The notes below the pieces were generated by a model. That model saw nothing but the letters and a program-made list of their open reading frames with translations, had not been told where the DNA came from and made no database searches. A program made the position numbers and the translations under genes. 64,000 nt of DNA, taken from positions 27,867 to 91,866 of the forward strand of contig JAUYQP010000052.1 in assembly GCA_030697205.1 (NCBI GenBank), read 5' to 3'. The number at the start of each line of letters is the position of its first letter. Positions within the stretch are counted from its first letter, which is position 1. Positions 25,599 through 34,873 of the stretch are shown piece after piece. This stretch comes from Mycobacteriales bacterium. Lineage in GTDB: Bacteria > Actinomycetota > Actinomycetes > Mycobacteriales > SCTD01.

Positions 25599-27515
25599 TC
25601 AGAACTGCAGGCTCCAGCTGTCGATGAAGCCGGTGTCGCCGGAGGCGACGTCCTGCACGCGCAGCTTCCAGGTGCCGTTGGCGACCTCGCTGGAGGCGTC
25701 GACGGTGAAGGTCTGGATAACGTTGTCGGCCCCGTCGCCGAAGAGGCCGGTCGAGGTGGACTTCAGCCGGTAGGCGGTGCCGTCCGGGGCGATGAGGTCG
25801 ACCTGCAGGTCACCGCGGTAGGTGTGCTTGATGTCGACCGGGACCTGCAGCGACGACGGGGCGTTGCCGGTGCGGCCGGTGACGGTGATCGGCGACTCGA
25901 CCGTCGACAGGTCGGCGATCGGGTAGTCGGCGCTGTTGGTGAACAGCGTCTGCGCCGGAGGGGCCGTGGTGGCGGTGGCCGTCGGCGTGGCCGTGGCGGT
26001 CGGGCTCGCCGTCGCGGTCGGGGACGCCGTGGCACTCGGGCTGGCCGTCGGGGACGGGCCCGGGCCGAGCGAGGCGATCGTCTTGGTCGCGTCGGCGAGA
26101 CCGGTGCCGCAGCCGCCGGAGCAGGTGCCGGGCAGCGCGCGGGTGCCGGCCTTGAGGACGGCCTCGAGCTGCGTCGGGGTGTGCGCCTTCTCGCCCAGGA
26201 CCAGGGCGGCGAGGCCAGCGACGTGCGGCGAGGCCATCGAGGTGCCCTGGTAGTAGGCGTAGGACTCCCCGGCCGGGGTGGTGGTGCCGGAGTTCAGCGT
26301 CGACAGCACGCCGTTGGCCTGCGTCGCGGTCTCGCCACCCGGGGCGGTGAGGTCGACGACGGCGCCGAAGTTGGAGTAGGAGGCGAGATTGCCCTGGCGG
26401 TCGCTGGACGCGACGACGACCGTGCCGGTGCAGCTCGCCGGCTGGTAGCCGCTGGCGTTGCTGCTCTCATTGCCGGCGGCCACGACGACGGTGGTGCCGC
26501 GGTTGTTGGCGCCGGTGATGGCGCTCTGGAAGGCCGCGCCGCACGAGCCGCTGCCGCCGAGGCTCATGTTGATGACCTTGGAGGGGGTCGCGTTGGCGGT
26601 GGTGCCCACGACGGCGCCGCCGGAGGCCCAGGTGATGGCGTCGGCGATGTCGGAGATGGTGCCTCCGCAGCGCCCCAGCGCCCGGACCGGCTGGACCTTG
26701 GCCTTGAAGGCGACGCCGCTGACGCCCTTGGCGTTGCCCGTCACCGCGGCGATGGTGCCGGCGACGTGGGTGCCGTGCCAGGAGCTGTTGGAGCCGGTGC
26801 CGCCGACGCAGTCGAGCAGCCCGCTCCAGTCGCCCTGGTCGTGGGCGTCGGCGTCGCGGCCGTTGCCGTCGCGCGCCTCGGCGGAGGAGCTGATGAAGTC
26901 GTAGCCCGCGACGATGTTGGGCAGCAGGTCGCTGTGGTCGGTGTAGCCGGTGTCGATGACGGCGACCGTCACGCCCGTGCCGTCGGCGGTGTCCCAGGCG
27001 GTCGGGAGGTTCATCCCGGCCAGCGGCTCGGAGTAGTGCCACTGCGCGGCGTAGCTCGGGTCGTTGGGCGCCAGCGCGATCGTCATCCGGCTGTCCGGCT
27101 CGGCGAAGGCGACCCCCGGGGCCGCGGCGAGCGCGTCGAGCAGGGCGTCGGTGGCGGCGGCGTCGAGCGCGGTGCCCGTGGAGACGACCACCCCACCGGT
27201 GCTCATCCGGCGTACGACGGTGAGGTCGTGGCCCAGCGCCGCCCCAGCAGGCGCGAGCGCGGCCTGCGCGGCGGCGTCGGCCAGCCGGTCGACGACGGCG
27301 CCCGACGAGGCGGCGGGGCTCGTCGCGGCGAAGTGCACCAGCACCTGGTCGTAGGACTGGCCGGCGACGACCGCACCGGCGTTGCGGGTGGCGGCGCTGG
27401 CATCGAGCAGTGGTGCGGCCGTGGCGGCGCTCGGGGCCAGGGCCAGCACGGTGGTGCCGGCGCCCGCCGCGACGGCGGCGGCGAGCAGCGCGGTGAGGGG
27501 TCGGGCTCGGGTCAC
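25599..27515 (-). CDS. Secreted S8 serine peptidase with Ala/Thr/Pro linker and C-terminal P domain
   Basis: Track ORF 25599..27647. GTG 27515 follows AAGGA. Motifs are VIDTGYT, WHGTHVAGTIAAV and GTSMASPHVAG. The linker is ASPSATASPTATASPTATATPTATATT. The P-domain ends NGTWKLRVQDVASGDTGFIDSWSLQF. Confidence 0.9.
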   Translation of the reverse strand: MTRARPLTALLAAAVAAGAGTTVLALAPSAATAAPLLDASAATRNAGAVVAGQSYDQVLVHFAATSPAASSGAVVDRLADAAAQAALAPAGAALGHDLTVVRRMSTGGVVVSTGTALDAAATDALLDALAAAPGVAFAEPDSRMTIALAPNDPSYAAQWHYSEPLAGMNLPTAWDTADGTGVTVAVIDTGYTDHSDLLPNIVAGYDFISSSAEARDGNGRDADAHDQGDWSGLLDCVGGTGSNSSWHGTHVAGTIAAVTGNAKGVSGVAFKAKVQPVRALGRCGGTISDIADAITWASGGAVVGTTANATPSKVINMSLGGSGSCGAAFQSAITGANNRGTTVVVAAGNESSNASGYQPASCTGTVVVASSDRQGNLASYSNFGAVVDLTAPGGETATQANGVLSTLNSGTTTPAGESYAYYQGTSMASPHVAGLAALVLGEKAHTPTQLEAVLKAGTRALPGTCSGGCGTGLADATKTIASLGPGPSPTASPSATASPTATASPTATATPTATATTAPPAQTLFTNSADYPIADLSTVESPITVTGRTGNAPSSLQVPVDIKHTYRGDLQVDLIAPDGTAYRLKSTSTGLFGDGADNVIQTFTVDASSEVANGTWKLRVQDVASGDTGFIDSWSLQF

Positions 27516-27787
27516 GTGAGCGTCCTTGTCTGCCGTGAGGCGGCTGGGCTGAGGGGGTGGAGATCGTCCCGCGAGGCGCGCTCCTGACAGATCAACGGCG
27601 CGCGGCGATCTTCCTCGCGCGCGGATCGTCCGTTCGCTGCCGCCCACCTGCTGGTCGCCCTGTGTGCACCGTCACGACGCGCCGGGGACGCCCGCTGTTG
27701 CGCGACCTGTGGCGGGGACGTACTGTTCGTCCTGACAGACCGATGTATCGCCGCGATACATCGCCCGCGACGGAAGGGGACGCACCG

Positions 27788-28378
27788 ATGCTCGAGCTCG
27801 CCGTCCTCGGCCTCCTCCACGAGGCGCCGCTGCACGGCTACGAGCTGCGCCAGCGGCTCAAGGCCACGCTCGGGACGTTCCGGGCGTTCTCCTACGGCTC
27901 CCTCTACCCGACCCTGCGCCGGATGCGCGACGCCGGCTGGATCGCGGAGGACGAGCCCGACGCGGCGATCGTCGCCGGCGCCCCGGCGCTCACCGGGCGG
28001 CGCGGCAAGGTCGTCTACAAGCTCACCGCCGACGGCAAGGAGAAGCTCCAGGAGCTGCTCGCCGAGGCGGGTCCTTCCTCTTGGGAGGACGAGACGTTCG
28101 GCGTGCACTTCGCGCTGTTCAGCCAGACCGCCCCCGAGGTGCGCGTGCGCATCCTCGAGGGCCGCAGGACCCGCCTCGAGGAGCGCCGTGAGGGCGTCCG
28201 CTCGGGGCTCGACCGCAGTCGCGGTCGGCTCGACCGCTACACCCTCCAGCTGCAGGAGCACGGGCTGGAGTCGGTGGAGCGCGAGGTCAGGTGGCTCACC
28301 GAGCTCATCGACGCCGAGCGCTCCAACGTCCCCAGTCAACGCACCACGACCACTCAGGGAGAGCCCACGAATGGGTAA
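27788..28378 (+). CDS. PadR-family transcriptional regulator
   Basis: ATG 27788 gives [43 protein letters not shown]. It overlaps the ino1 start (ATGGGTAA), the conserved PadR-ino1 pairing. Confidence 0.88.
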   Translation: MLELAVLGLLHEAPLHGYELRQRLKATLGTFRAFSYGSLYPTLRRMRDAGWIAEDEPDAAIVAGAPALTGRRGKVVYKLTADGKEKLQELLAEAGPSSWEDETFGVHFALFSQTAPEVRVRILEGRRTRLEERREGVRSGLDRSRGRLDRYTLQLQEHGLESVEREVRWLTELIDAERSNVPSQRTTTTQGEPTNG

Positions 28379-29501
28379 CAACCGCACGCCGATCCGCGTT
28401 GCCATCGTCGGCGTCGGCAACTGCGCCGCGTCGCTCGTCCAGGGCGTCGAGTACTACCGCGACGCCGACCCGCAGGGCCGCGTCCCCGGGCTCATGCACG
28501 TGACCCTCGGCGACTACCACGTCAGCGACATCGAGTTCGTCGCGGCGTTCGACGTCGACGCCAAGAAGGTCGGCTTCGACCTGTCCGAGGCGATCGGCGC
28601 GTCCGAGAACAACACCATCAAGATCGCCGACGTGCCCCCGATGGACGTCACCGTCCAGCGCGGCGTCACCCTCGACGGCCTCGGCAAGTACTACCGGATG
28701 ACGATCGAGGAGAGCGACGCCGAGCCCGTCGACGTCGTCCAGGCCCTGCGCGACGCCCGCGTCGACGTCCTCGTCTGCTACCTCCCGGTCGGCTCCGAGG
28801 AGGCCGCGAAGTTCTACGCGCAGGCCGCCATCGACGCCAAGGTCGGCTTCGTCAACGCGCTGCCCGTCTTCATCGCCGGCACGCCCGAGTGGGCCGACAA
28901 GTTCGCCGCCGCCGGTGTCCCGATCGTCGGTGACGACATCAAGAGCCAGGTCGGCGCGACGATCACGCACCGCGTCATGGCCAAGCTGTTCGAGGACCGC
29001 GGCGTCGTGCTGGACCGCACCTACCAGCTCAACGTCGGCGGCAACATGGACTTCAAGAACATGCTCGAGCGCGACCGCCTGGAGTCCAAGAAGATCTCCA
29101 AGACCCAGGCCGTGACGTCCAACCTCGAGCACGAGCTCGGCGCCCGCAACGTCCACATCGGCCCGTCGGACTACGTCCAGTGGCTCGACGACCGCAAGTG
29201 GGCCTACGTCCGCCTCGAGGGCCGCGCCTTCGGTGACGTCCCGCTGAACCTCGAGTACAAGCTCGAGGTCTGGGACAGCCCCAACAGCGCCGGCGTCATC
29301 ATCGACGCGCTGCGTTGCGCCAAGATCGCCATGGACCGCGGCCAGGGTGGCCCCGTCCACGCGGCCTCGACCTACTTCATGAAGTCCCCGCCCAAGCAGG
29401 TCCGCGACGACATCGCCAAGGACCAGCTTGAGGCGTGGATCGAGGGCAAGGACCTCGGTCAGTTCGTCAGCGACGCGGCCGAGGACGCCACCGCCCGCTA
29501 G
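28371..29501 (+). CDS. ino1: myo-Inositol-1-phosphate synthase
   Basis: The real start is ATG 28371 within track ORF 28188..29501. [33 protein letters not shown].. is the typical actinobacterial Ino1 sequence throughout. Confidence 0.93.
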   Translation: MGNNRTPIRVAIVGVGNCAASLVQGVEYYRDADPQGRVPGLMHVTLGDYHVSDIEFVAAFDVDAKKVGFDLSEAIGASENNTIKIADVPPMDVTVQRGVTLDGLGKYYRMTIEESDAEPVDVVQALRDARVDVLVCYLPVGSEEAAKFYAQAAIDAKVGFVNALPVFIAGTPEWADKFAAAGVPIVGDDIKSQVGATITHRVMAKLFEDRGVVLDRTYQLNVGGNMDFKNMLERDRLESKKISKTQAVTSNLEHELGARNVHIGPSDYVQWLDDRKWAYVRLEGRAFGDVPLNLEYKLEVWDSPNSAGVIIDALRCAKIAMDRGQGGPVHAASTYFMKSPPKQVRDDIAKDQLEAWIEGKDLGQFVSDAAEDATAR

Positions 29502-29638
29502 TTCTTCGCTCGTCACTGCACTGCCCGCCGGCCCGGCCGCCCCTCTCGTGGGGCTGCCGGGCCGTCGCGCGTCCCGCCCACGTCGCGCGTCCCCGCGCGC
29601 CCCGCGCCGCCTGCCCCCCGCGCCGCCTGCCCTCCGCG

Positions 29639-29697
29639 GGTTGGGTGGCTTTTCTCGGCGCGCCCTCCCGCGACACGCCGAGGGAACCCACCCGATC
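29639..29697 (+). repeat. Conserved hairpin core, copy c (most diverged), preceded by a C-rich tract
   Basis: GGTTGGGTGGCTTTTCTCGGCGCGCCCTCCCGCGACACGCCGAGGGAACCCACCCGATC, downstream of ino1. Confidence 0.8.
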
Positions 29698-29901
29698 CGG
29701 CTCGACCACGCAAGGCGTACGCCGCAGGGCGGCCGACAGCGAGCGCCCTGACCTGCCCGCTGCTCCGACCGGCGGAGCGTGAACGCTGGACGAACTACGC
29801 GAACCGGGTGAACCGGTCAGGCCCGTGCGGCGTAAGCACCGACAGAGGCCACGGCACCGACGCCGTTCCCCCGCCTCCGGACCTGACCCCTGGAGCACCG
29901 C

Positions 29902-30804
29902 ATGCGCAAGACCTCGACCGCACTGCTCGCCCTGGCCCTGGCTGGCGCGAGCGTCACCGGCCTCGCGAGCAGCGCGACGGCCGACCCCGCCCCGACGGGC
30001 CTGTCGGCGATCGGCCTCGTCGGCGACGACAAGCTCGTCCGCATCGACCTCGCCGAGGGCGGCAAGACTCGCGGCGGCCCGCGCGTCACCGGCCTGACCG
30101 GCGACGACACCGGGCTGGTCGGCATCGACTTCCGGCCGCAGGACGGCAAGCTCTACGGCGTCGGCACGGGCGGCGGCATCTACACCCTCGCGTCCGACGG
30201 TGTCGCGACCAAGGTCTCCCAGCTCACCGTTGCGCTCACCGGCGAGAGCTTCGGCGTGGACTTCAACCCGGCCGCCGACCGCCTCCGCATCATCAGCGAC
30301 ACCGGCCAGAACCTCCGCCACAACGTCAACGCAGGGGGCATTACCATCGTCGACGGGTCGTTGGTCTACGGACCGAGCACGACGACGGCCGGTAACGGCA
30401 CGACCGGCGGTACCAACACCGGCGGTACCGCTGCGGTCGACGTGACGGGCGCTGCCTACACGAACAACGACGCCGACGGAGCGCCTCCCGCCGGCACCGG
30501 GACAGTGCTGTACGACCTCGACACGGCGAGGGACCAGCTGGTCATCCAGAGCCCGCCGAACGCCGGAGCGCTTGTGGCCGTGGGCTCGCTGGGCGTGGAC
30601 ACCACTGACGTCGTCGGCTTCGACATCTACTCGCCGCTGGGCACCGACGGTAAGGCCGTCTCCGGCGCTGACCAGGCCTTCGCCGTGCTCGAGGTCGGGG
30701 GCGCTGCGGGTCTCTACGCCGTCTCCCTCACGACCGGTGCAGCGACTGCGCTCGGCGCGCTTGACAAGGCGGTCACCGACCTGGCGGTCGTCTACAACCA
30801 GTAG
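29902..30804 (+). CDS. Secreted DUF4394-domain protein
   Basis: Signal peptide MRKTSTALLALALAGASVTGLASSATA. Motifs GIDFRPQDGKLYGV and FGVDFNPAADRLRIISDTGQNLR. Confidence 0.8.
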   Translation: MRKTSTALLALALAGASVTGLASSATADPAPTGLSAIGLVGDDKLVRIDLAEGGKTRGGPRVTGLTGDDTGLVGIDFRPQDGKLYGVGTGGGIYTLASDGVATKVSQLTVALTGESFGVDFNPAADRLRIISDTGQNLRHNVNAGGITIVDGSLVYGPSTTTAGNGTTGGTNTGGTAAVDVTGAAYTNNDADGAPPAGTGTVLYDLDTARDQLVIQSPPNAGALVAVGSLGVDTTDVVGFDIYSPLGTDGKAVSGADQAFAVLEVGGAAGLYAVSLTTGAATALGALDKAVTDLAVVYNQ

Positions 30805-30965
30805 CACCCGCGCCGTTCGCCGACGGCCCGGCCCTCCCCGTGACCCCGGGAGGGCCGGGCCTCGTCGTGTGCGGGGAACGACAGGCCATTCGTCGTACCT
30901 CCCTGGCACGTCCGTGGCGGAGGTACGGTCACCGCTTTCGTCGCGCACCTCGAGAGGTCGGCCTC

Positions 30966-31232
30966 ATGAGCAGGAGTACGACGGCAGGTGCCGGCCACGG
31001 CTGGCGCGCCAGCGAGGACACCATCAACCCCCTCTATCCGGCGGCCTTCGAGCTGGTCGTCGGCCTCGCGGTCCTGGTCGTCGTCGTGACCTTCGCGGTG
31101 GTCGCGCTCGTCGATGCGCAGCGGCGCGGGCGCTCCGTGGCGCTGTGGCTGCTGGCCTTCCTGCTGACCGGCCCCTTCGGCATCGTCGCCTACTACGTCA
31201 CGAGGGAGCGGGTCCCCGTCCCGACCCGCTGA
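30966..31232 (+). CDS. Small membrane protein, PLD-nuclease N-terminal (PLDc_N)-like
   Basis: ATG 30966 within track ORF 30840..31232. Two TM segments, with ..VVALVDAQRRGRSVALWLLAFLLTGPFGIVAYYVTRER. Confidence 0.6.
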   Translation: MSRSTTAGAGHGWRASEDTINPLYPAAFELVVGLAVLVVVVTFAVVALVDAQRRGRSVALWLLAFLLTGPFGIVAYYVTRERVPVPTR

Positions 31233-31246
31233 CCGACCGGCGGCTG

Positions 31247-32374
31247 TCAGGACTGTGGGCGCACCAGGTACTTGCTGCCGGTCGCCTGCCGGGCGTAGGC
31301 CTGCGCCGTCGCCGGGTCGAGGAGCCCGTCGAGCGAGACCTCGTCGGAGTAGCTGCTTGCGAAGGTCGTCGTGAGGCCGTCCACGACGCGCTTCCGCAGC
31401 CGGGCGTGGTCGTCCATCGACAACGTCCCGAGGAACGGCGTGAGCAGCCACCCGCCGACGCCCCACGAGAAGCCGAACGTCCGGTTGACGACGATCGGGC
31501 CGACGTCGAGCCCGCCGTAGACGTAGACCTGCTTGTGGACCGTCGTGCCGTAGCCGGTCGCGGCAGCGCCGTTACGGATCGCGGCGGCCTCCATCGCCAT
31601 GAGCAGGTCGCTTGCCGTCCGACCCCCACCGATCGCGTCGAAGCCGAGGGTGGCCCCGGTCGCGGCGACGGCGTCAGTCAGGTCGTCCTGGTACGTCGGG
31701 GCGCTGCTGACGACGACGTGCTCGGCCCCGAGCCCGCGCAGCAGGTCGGCCTGCTCGGGGCGGCGGACGACGTTGACGAGCCCGATGCCCTCCTCGAGGC
31801 AGATCTTCGTGAGCATCTGACCGAGGTTGGAGGCGGCCGCCGTGTGCACCAGCGCCGTGTGGCCCTGGCGGCGCATCGTCTCGACCATGCCCAGCGCCGT
31901 CAGCGGGTTGACGAAGCAGGAGGCGCCGTCGCGAGGGTCGGTCCCCTCCGGAAGGGGCAGGCACATCATCGCCGGGACCAGGCGGTACTCGGCGTACGCG
32001 CCTCCAGCGAGGAAACCGACGGTCTGGCCGAGCAGGCCCTCCGCGCCGGCACCGGCCGCAACGACGACACCGGCCCCCTCATTGCCGACCACGGTCGGCT
32101 CTCCGACCTGCGAGGAGAGCATGCCTCGCGCGCCCTCGGCGAGCGGGACCACGAGGGTGTCGCCATCCCGCCGCGCCTCTGCGACGGTGGCACCGGCGAG
32201 CAGCACGGCGATGTCGGACGGGTTGAGCGGCGCGGCCTCGACCCGCACCAGCACCTGACCGTCGCGGGGCTCGGGGACCGGGGCGGTCTCCAGGGTCACC
32301 ACGACCTGTCCCTCGGCGGTCACGACGCGGCGGATGACGCGCTGCTCGGTGGGTAGGGCGGTCGGCTCGGTCAT
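31247..32374 (-). CDS. Medium-chain dehydrogenase/reductase (quinone-oxidoreductase/zinc-ADH-like)
   Basis: PEPRDGQVLVRVEAAPLNPSD at the N-terminus, then a Rossmann region TALVHTAAASNLGQML. Confidence 0.8.
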   Translation of the reverse strand: MTEPTALPTEQRVIRRVVTAEGQVVVTLETAPVPEPRDGQVLVRVEAAPLNPSDIAVLLAGATVAEARRDGDTLVVPLAEGARGMLSSQVGEPTVVGNEGAGVVVAAGAGAEGLLGQTVGFLAGGAYAEYRLVPAMMCLPLPEGTDPRDGASCFVNPLTALGMVETMRRQGHTALVHTAAASNLGQMLTKICLEEGIGLVNVVRRPEQADLLRGLGAEHVVVSSAPTYQDDLTDAVAATGATLGFDAIGGGRTASDLLMAMEAAAIRNGAAATGYGTTVHKQVYVYGGLDVGPIVVNRTFGFSWGVGGWLLTPFLGTLSMDDHARLRKRVVDGLTTTFASSYSDEVSLDGLLDPATAQAYARQATGSKYLVRPQS

Positions 32375-32446
32375 GCCGCCGGACTCTACGCACGCCCGCT
32401 GGAGGGGAGCTGGTCCAACGGACCTCAGAGCCGACGGTGCTGGCCC

Positions 32447-33352
32447 TCAGCCATGCCCAGCCCCAGGGTCGGCCAGGACTTCGCGCCAGGAGTGACGCGG
32501 GGCGAACCCGAGGAGGTCGCGGGCCTTGTCGATGGCGTAGAAGGTCTCGTCGCGGCCCATCTCCCGACGTACCTCCACCCCGTCGTAGAAGCGCTCCTGA
32601 ATCTCCCGCGTCGTCGCCGCGACGGACATGTCGGCGTTGGCGACGTTGAAGACCTCGTAGCCCAGCCCGTCGGTCACGAGGCAGCGCTGCACCAGCTGGC
32701 CCAGGTCGCGGACGTCGATGTAGGCGAACAGGTTGCGGCGCCGCAGCGACGGGTCGGCCAGGAAGGCGGGGAAGCTCTCGGCGTACTCGTGCGGCTCGAT
32801 GACGTTGTTGATCCGTAGGCCGTAGACGTCCGCCCCGGTGCGGGCCTGGAACGAGCGCGCCGTCACCTCGCCCGCGACCTTCGACATCGCGTAGGAGTCC
32901 TCGGGGACCGTCGGGTGGTCCTCGTCGACCGGCACGTAGAGCGGGCGCCGCTCGCCCTGCGCGAAGCAGATCCCGTAGGTCGTCTCCGACGACGCGAACA
33001 CGATCTTGCGCACCCCCAGCCGGGTCGCCGCCTCGAGCACGTTGTAGGTGCTGAGGACGTTCGTCGCATACGTCGCAGCGTCCGAGGTGAGCAGGATCCT
33101 CGGCACCGCGGCGAAGTGCACGACGGCGTCGTAGGTGGGCTTCGCCGGCAGGTCGAGCTCGTCGAAGGTCGCCAGCCCCGCGAGCGCCGAGTAGGTCTCG
33201 CCGGCATCGGTGAGGTCGACCCGGAGGTCGGCGACCGCTGGGTGCCCCAGCGGGACGAGGTCGGCGTTGGTGACGTGGTGGCCCTGCTCGGCGAGGTACG
33301 GCGCGACGTGCCGGCCGGCCTTGCCGCTGCCACCGGTGAAGAAGATGCGCAT
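32447..33352 (-). CDS. NAD-dependent epimerase/dehydratase family protein
   Basis: ATG 33352 follows GGAAGG and gives MRIFFTGGSGKAGRHV. The YAMSK catalytic motif is present. Confidence 0.85.
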   Translation of the reverse strand: MRIFFTGGSGKAGRHVAPYLAEQGHHVTNADLVPLGHPAVADLRVDLTDAGETYSALAGLATFDELDLPAKPTYDAVVHFAAVPRILLTSDAATYATNVLSTYNVLEAATRLGVRKIVFASSETTYGICFAQGERRPLYVPVDEDHPTVPEDSYAMSKVAGEVTARSFQARTGADVYGLRINNVIEPHEYAESFPAFLADPSLRRRNLFAYIDVRDLGQLVQRCLVTDGLGYEVFNVANADMSVAATTREIQERFYDGVEVRREMGRDETFYAIDKARDLLGFAPRHSWREVLADPGAGHG

Positions 33353-33401
33353 AGGCCTTCCTACCGCGGAGGTGCGGCGGCGGACCCGGTTCCTCCCGGT
33401 C

Positions 33402-33465
33402 ATGATCGACAGGCGCTCTGCACGGGACGCGCCGACGGGTCGCGTGCAGATCGCCTGTTGATCAT
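33402..33465. promoter_or_regulatory. Long near-perfect inverted repeat (23-nt arms, 21/23 complementary) between the propeller gene stop and the epimerase start
   Basis: Left arm atgatcgacaggcgctctgcacg at 33402-33424. Right arm cgtgcagatcgcctgttgatcat at 33443-33465. It could be a terminator or an operator. Confidence 0.5.
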
Positions 33466-33512
33466 CGGAGTGGAGGCGCGGGAGCGGGCCTTGCCGTCGT
33501 ACGCCGGAAGAC

Positions 33513-34850
33513 CTACGCGGCGGTGGGGCGACCGAGGGGGGCGACGGCGCCGGCGGGGCGGCAGACCCACTTGTCGGCGAGGGCGGCGACCGAGTGGTGG
33601 TCGGCGGCGTGGGTGGTCACCGGGCCGGTGCCCGCGGGGTAGAAGCGGCCCGGCAGCGCGGCGTCCTTCTCCGCGGGCGCCTTGGTGTCGAAGCGCAGGA
33701 CGTCGATGGCGCGGGCGGTGTAGTCGGTCACCCAGACGGTGTCGGGGGAGACCCAGTAGACCGCGGAGCTCTGGCCGGGCAGCGGCTGCCAGAAACCGCG
33801 CTCCTCGACGACGCCCTTCGAGGAGACGCCGAGGAAGCGGACGCCGGAGGTGTACCAGGCCATGGCGACCAGTCCACCGTCCTTGAAGGACGGGTGCACG
33901 TCGAACCAGTGGCCGCAGTGCTGCGCCACCGGGGCCTGGCCCTTGAGGTCGGTAGGCAGGCCGCGCTCGAGGGCATAGCCACCGATGCGGGTGAGGGCCT
34001 TCTTCTTGATGTTCTTGGTGTCGAAGACGTTGAAGGTGCCGAGCTCGCCCTGGCAGCCGACGCCGGTCTCGGTGCCGGCGAGGATGAAGCGGTCCTTGCC
34101 TGCGCGCGGCCAGGCGGTGCCGTGGACGTAGAGGTTGTCGGGGACGACACCCGAGGCGAGCAGCGTGGGGGCGACCGGGTTGCGGGCGTCGAGGTAGGCG
34201 ACCGGGTTGCTGGCTGCGACAAGGAAGCCGGGACGGACCTCGGTGAGGTCGTGGCCGGTGCGCGCACCGGAGACGCGGTTCCACTTCTGCGGCAGGAGCT
34301 TCGGCGCCGCTGGGTCGCGCAGGTCGACGATGTCGCCCTCGGAGGAGTAGACGAAGGTGCAGTCGAGCACGCAGGTGTTGGTGTGGCCGGCAGCGCCGGG
34401 GAGGACCGACAGGATCGTCGGTGCGGTGCGGTTGCGGATGTCGACGACGTAGAGGATCCCGTCGTAGGACTGACCCGTCACGAGGATCTTGCCGTTGGTG
34501 TCGATGTCCTCTCGCTCCTGGTTGGGAGTTGCGGGGACGGCGACGAAGCCCTTCGGCGTCGGCAGCGCGGGGTTGGTCGCGTCGTAGACCGTGATGCCCT
34601 TGGCGGTGCGGACGAAGAAGTCCTTGCCCACCAGGCGGCCGCCGGCGATGTCGGTGTCGAGCGGCACCGTCAGCACATGGGTGACGTTGGACGTCGCGAT
34701 GTAGCCGGGACCGGGCGCGCCCGTGGGCGGGGCGGCGGAACCGGGGACCGCGAGGGCACCGAGGGCAGCGAGGGCCAAAGCGGCGGCGAGCGAGGTCGTG
34801 GCTCGCGTGGTGAGGCGGGTCATGGGTCTGGTCTTCGACGGGCACCGCAC
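33513..34850 (-). CDS. Secreted beta-propeller protein (LVIVD-repeat-like)
   Basis: Signal peptide ..TSLAAALALAALGALAVPGSA. Repeated strands include GILYVVDIRN, GDIVDLRDP and VAYLDARNP. An alternative start is ATG 34823. Confidence 0.7.
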   Translation of the reverse strand: MRCPSKTRPMTRLTTRATTSLAAALALAALGALAVPGSAAPPTGAPGPGYIATSNVTHVLTVPLDTDIAGGRLVGKDFFVRTAKGITVYDATNPALPTPKGFVAVPATPNQEREDIDTNGKILVTGQSYDGILYVVDIRNRTAPTILSVLPGAAGHTNTCVLDCTFVYSSEGDIVDLRDPAAPKLLPQKWNRVSGARTGHDLTEVRPGFLVAASNPVAYLDARNPVAPTLLASGVVPDNLYVHGTAWPRAGKDRFILAGTETGVGCQGELGTFNVFDTKNIKKKALTRIGGYALERGLPTDLKGQAPVAQHCGHWFDVHPSFKDGGLVAMAWYTSGVRFLGVSSKGVVEERGFWQPLPGQSSAVYWVSPDTVWVTDYTARAIDVLRFDTKAPAEKDAALPGRFYPAGTGPVTTHAADHHSVAALADKWVCRPAGAVAPLGRPTAA

Positions 34851-34873
34851 CGTCTCCTGTCTAGCCTGTCGAG

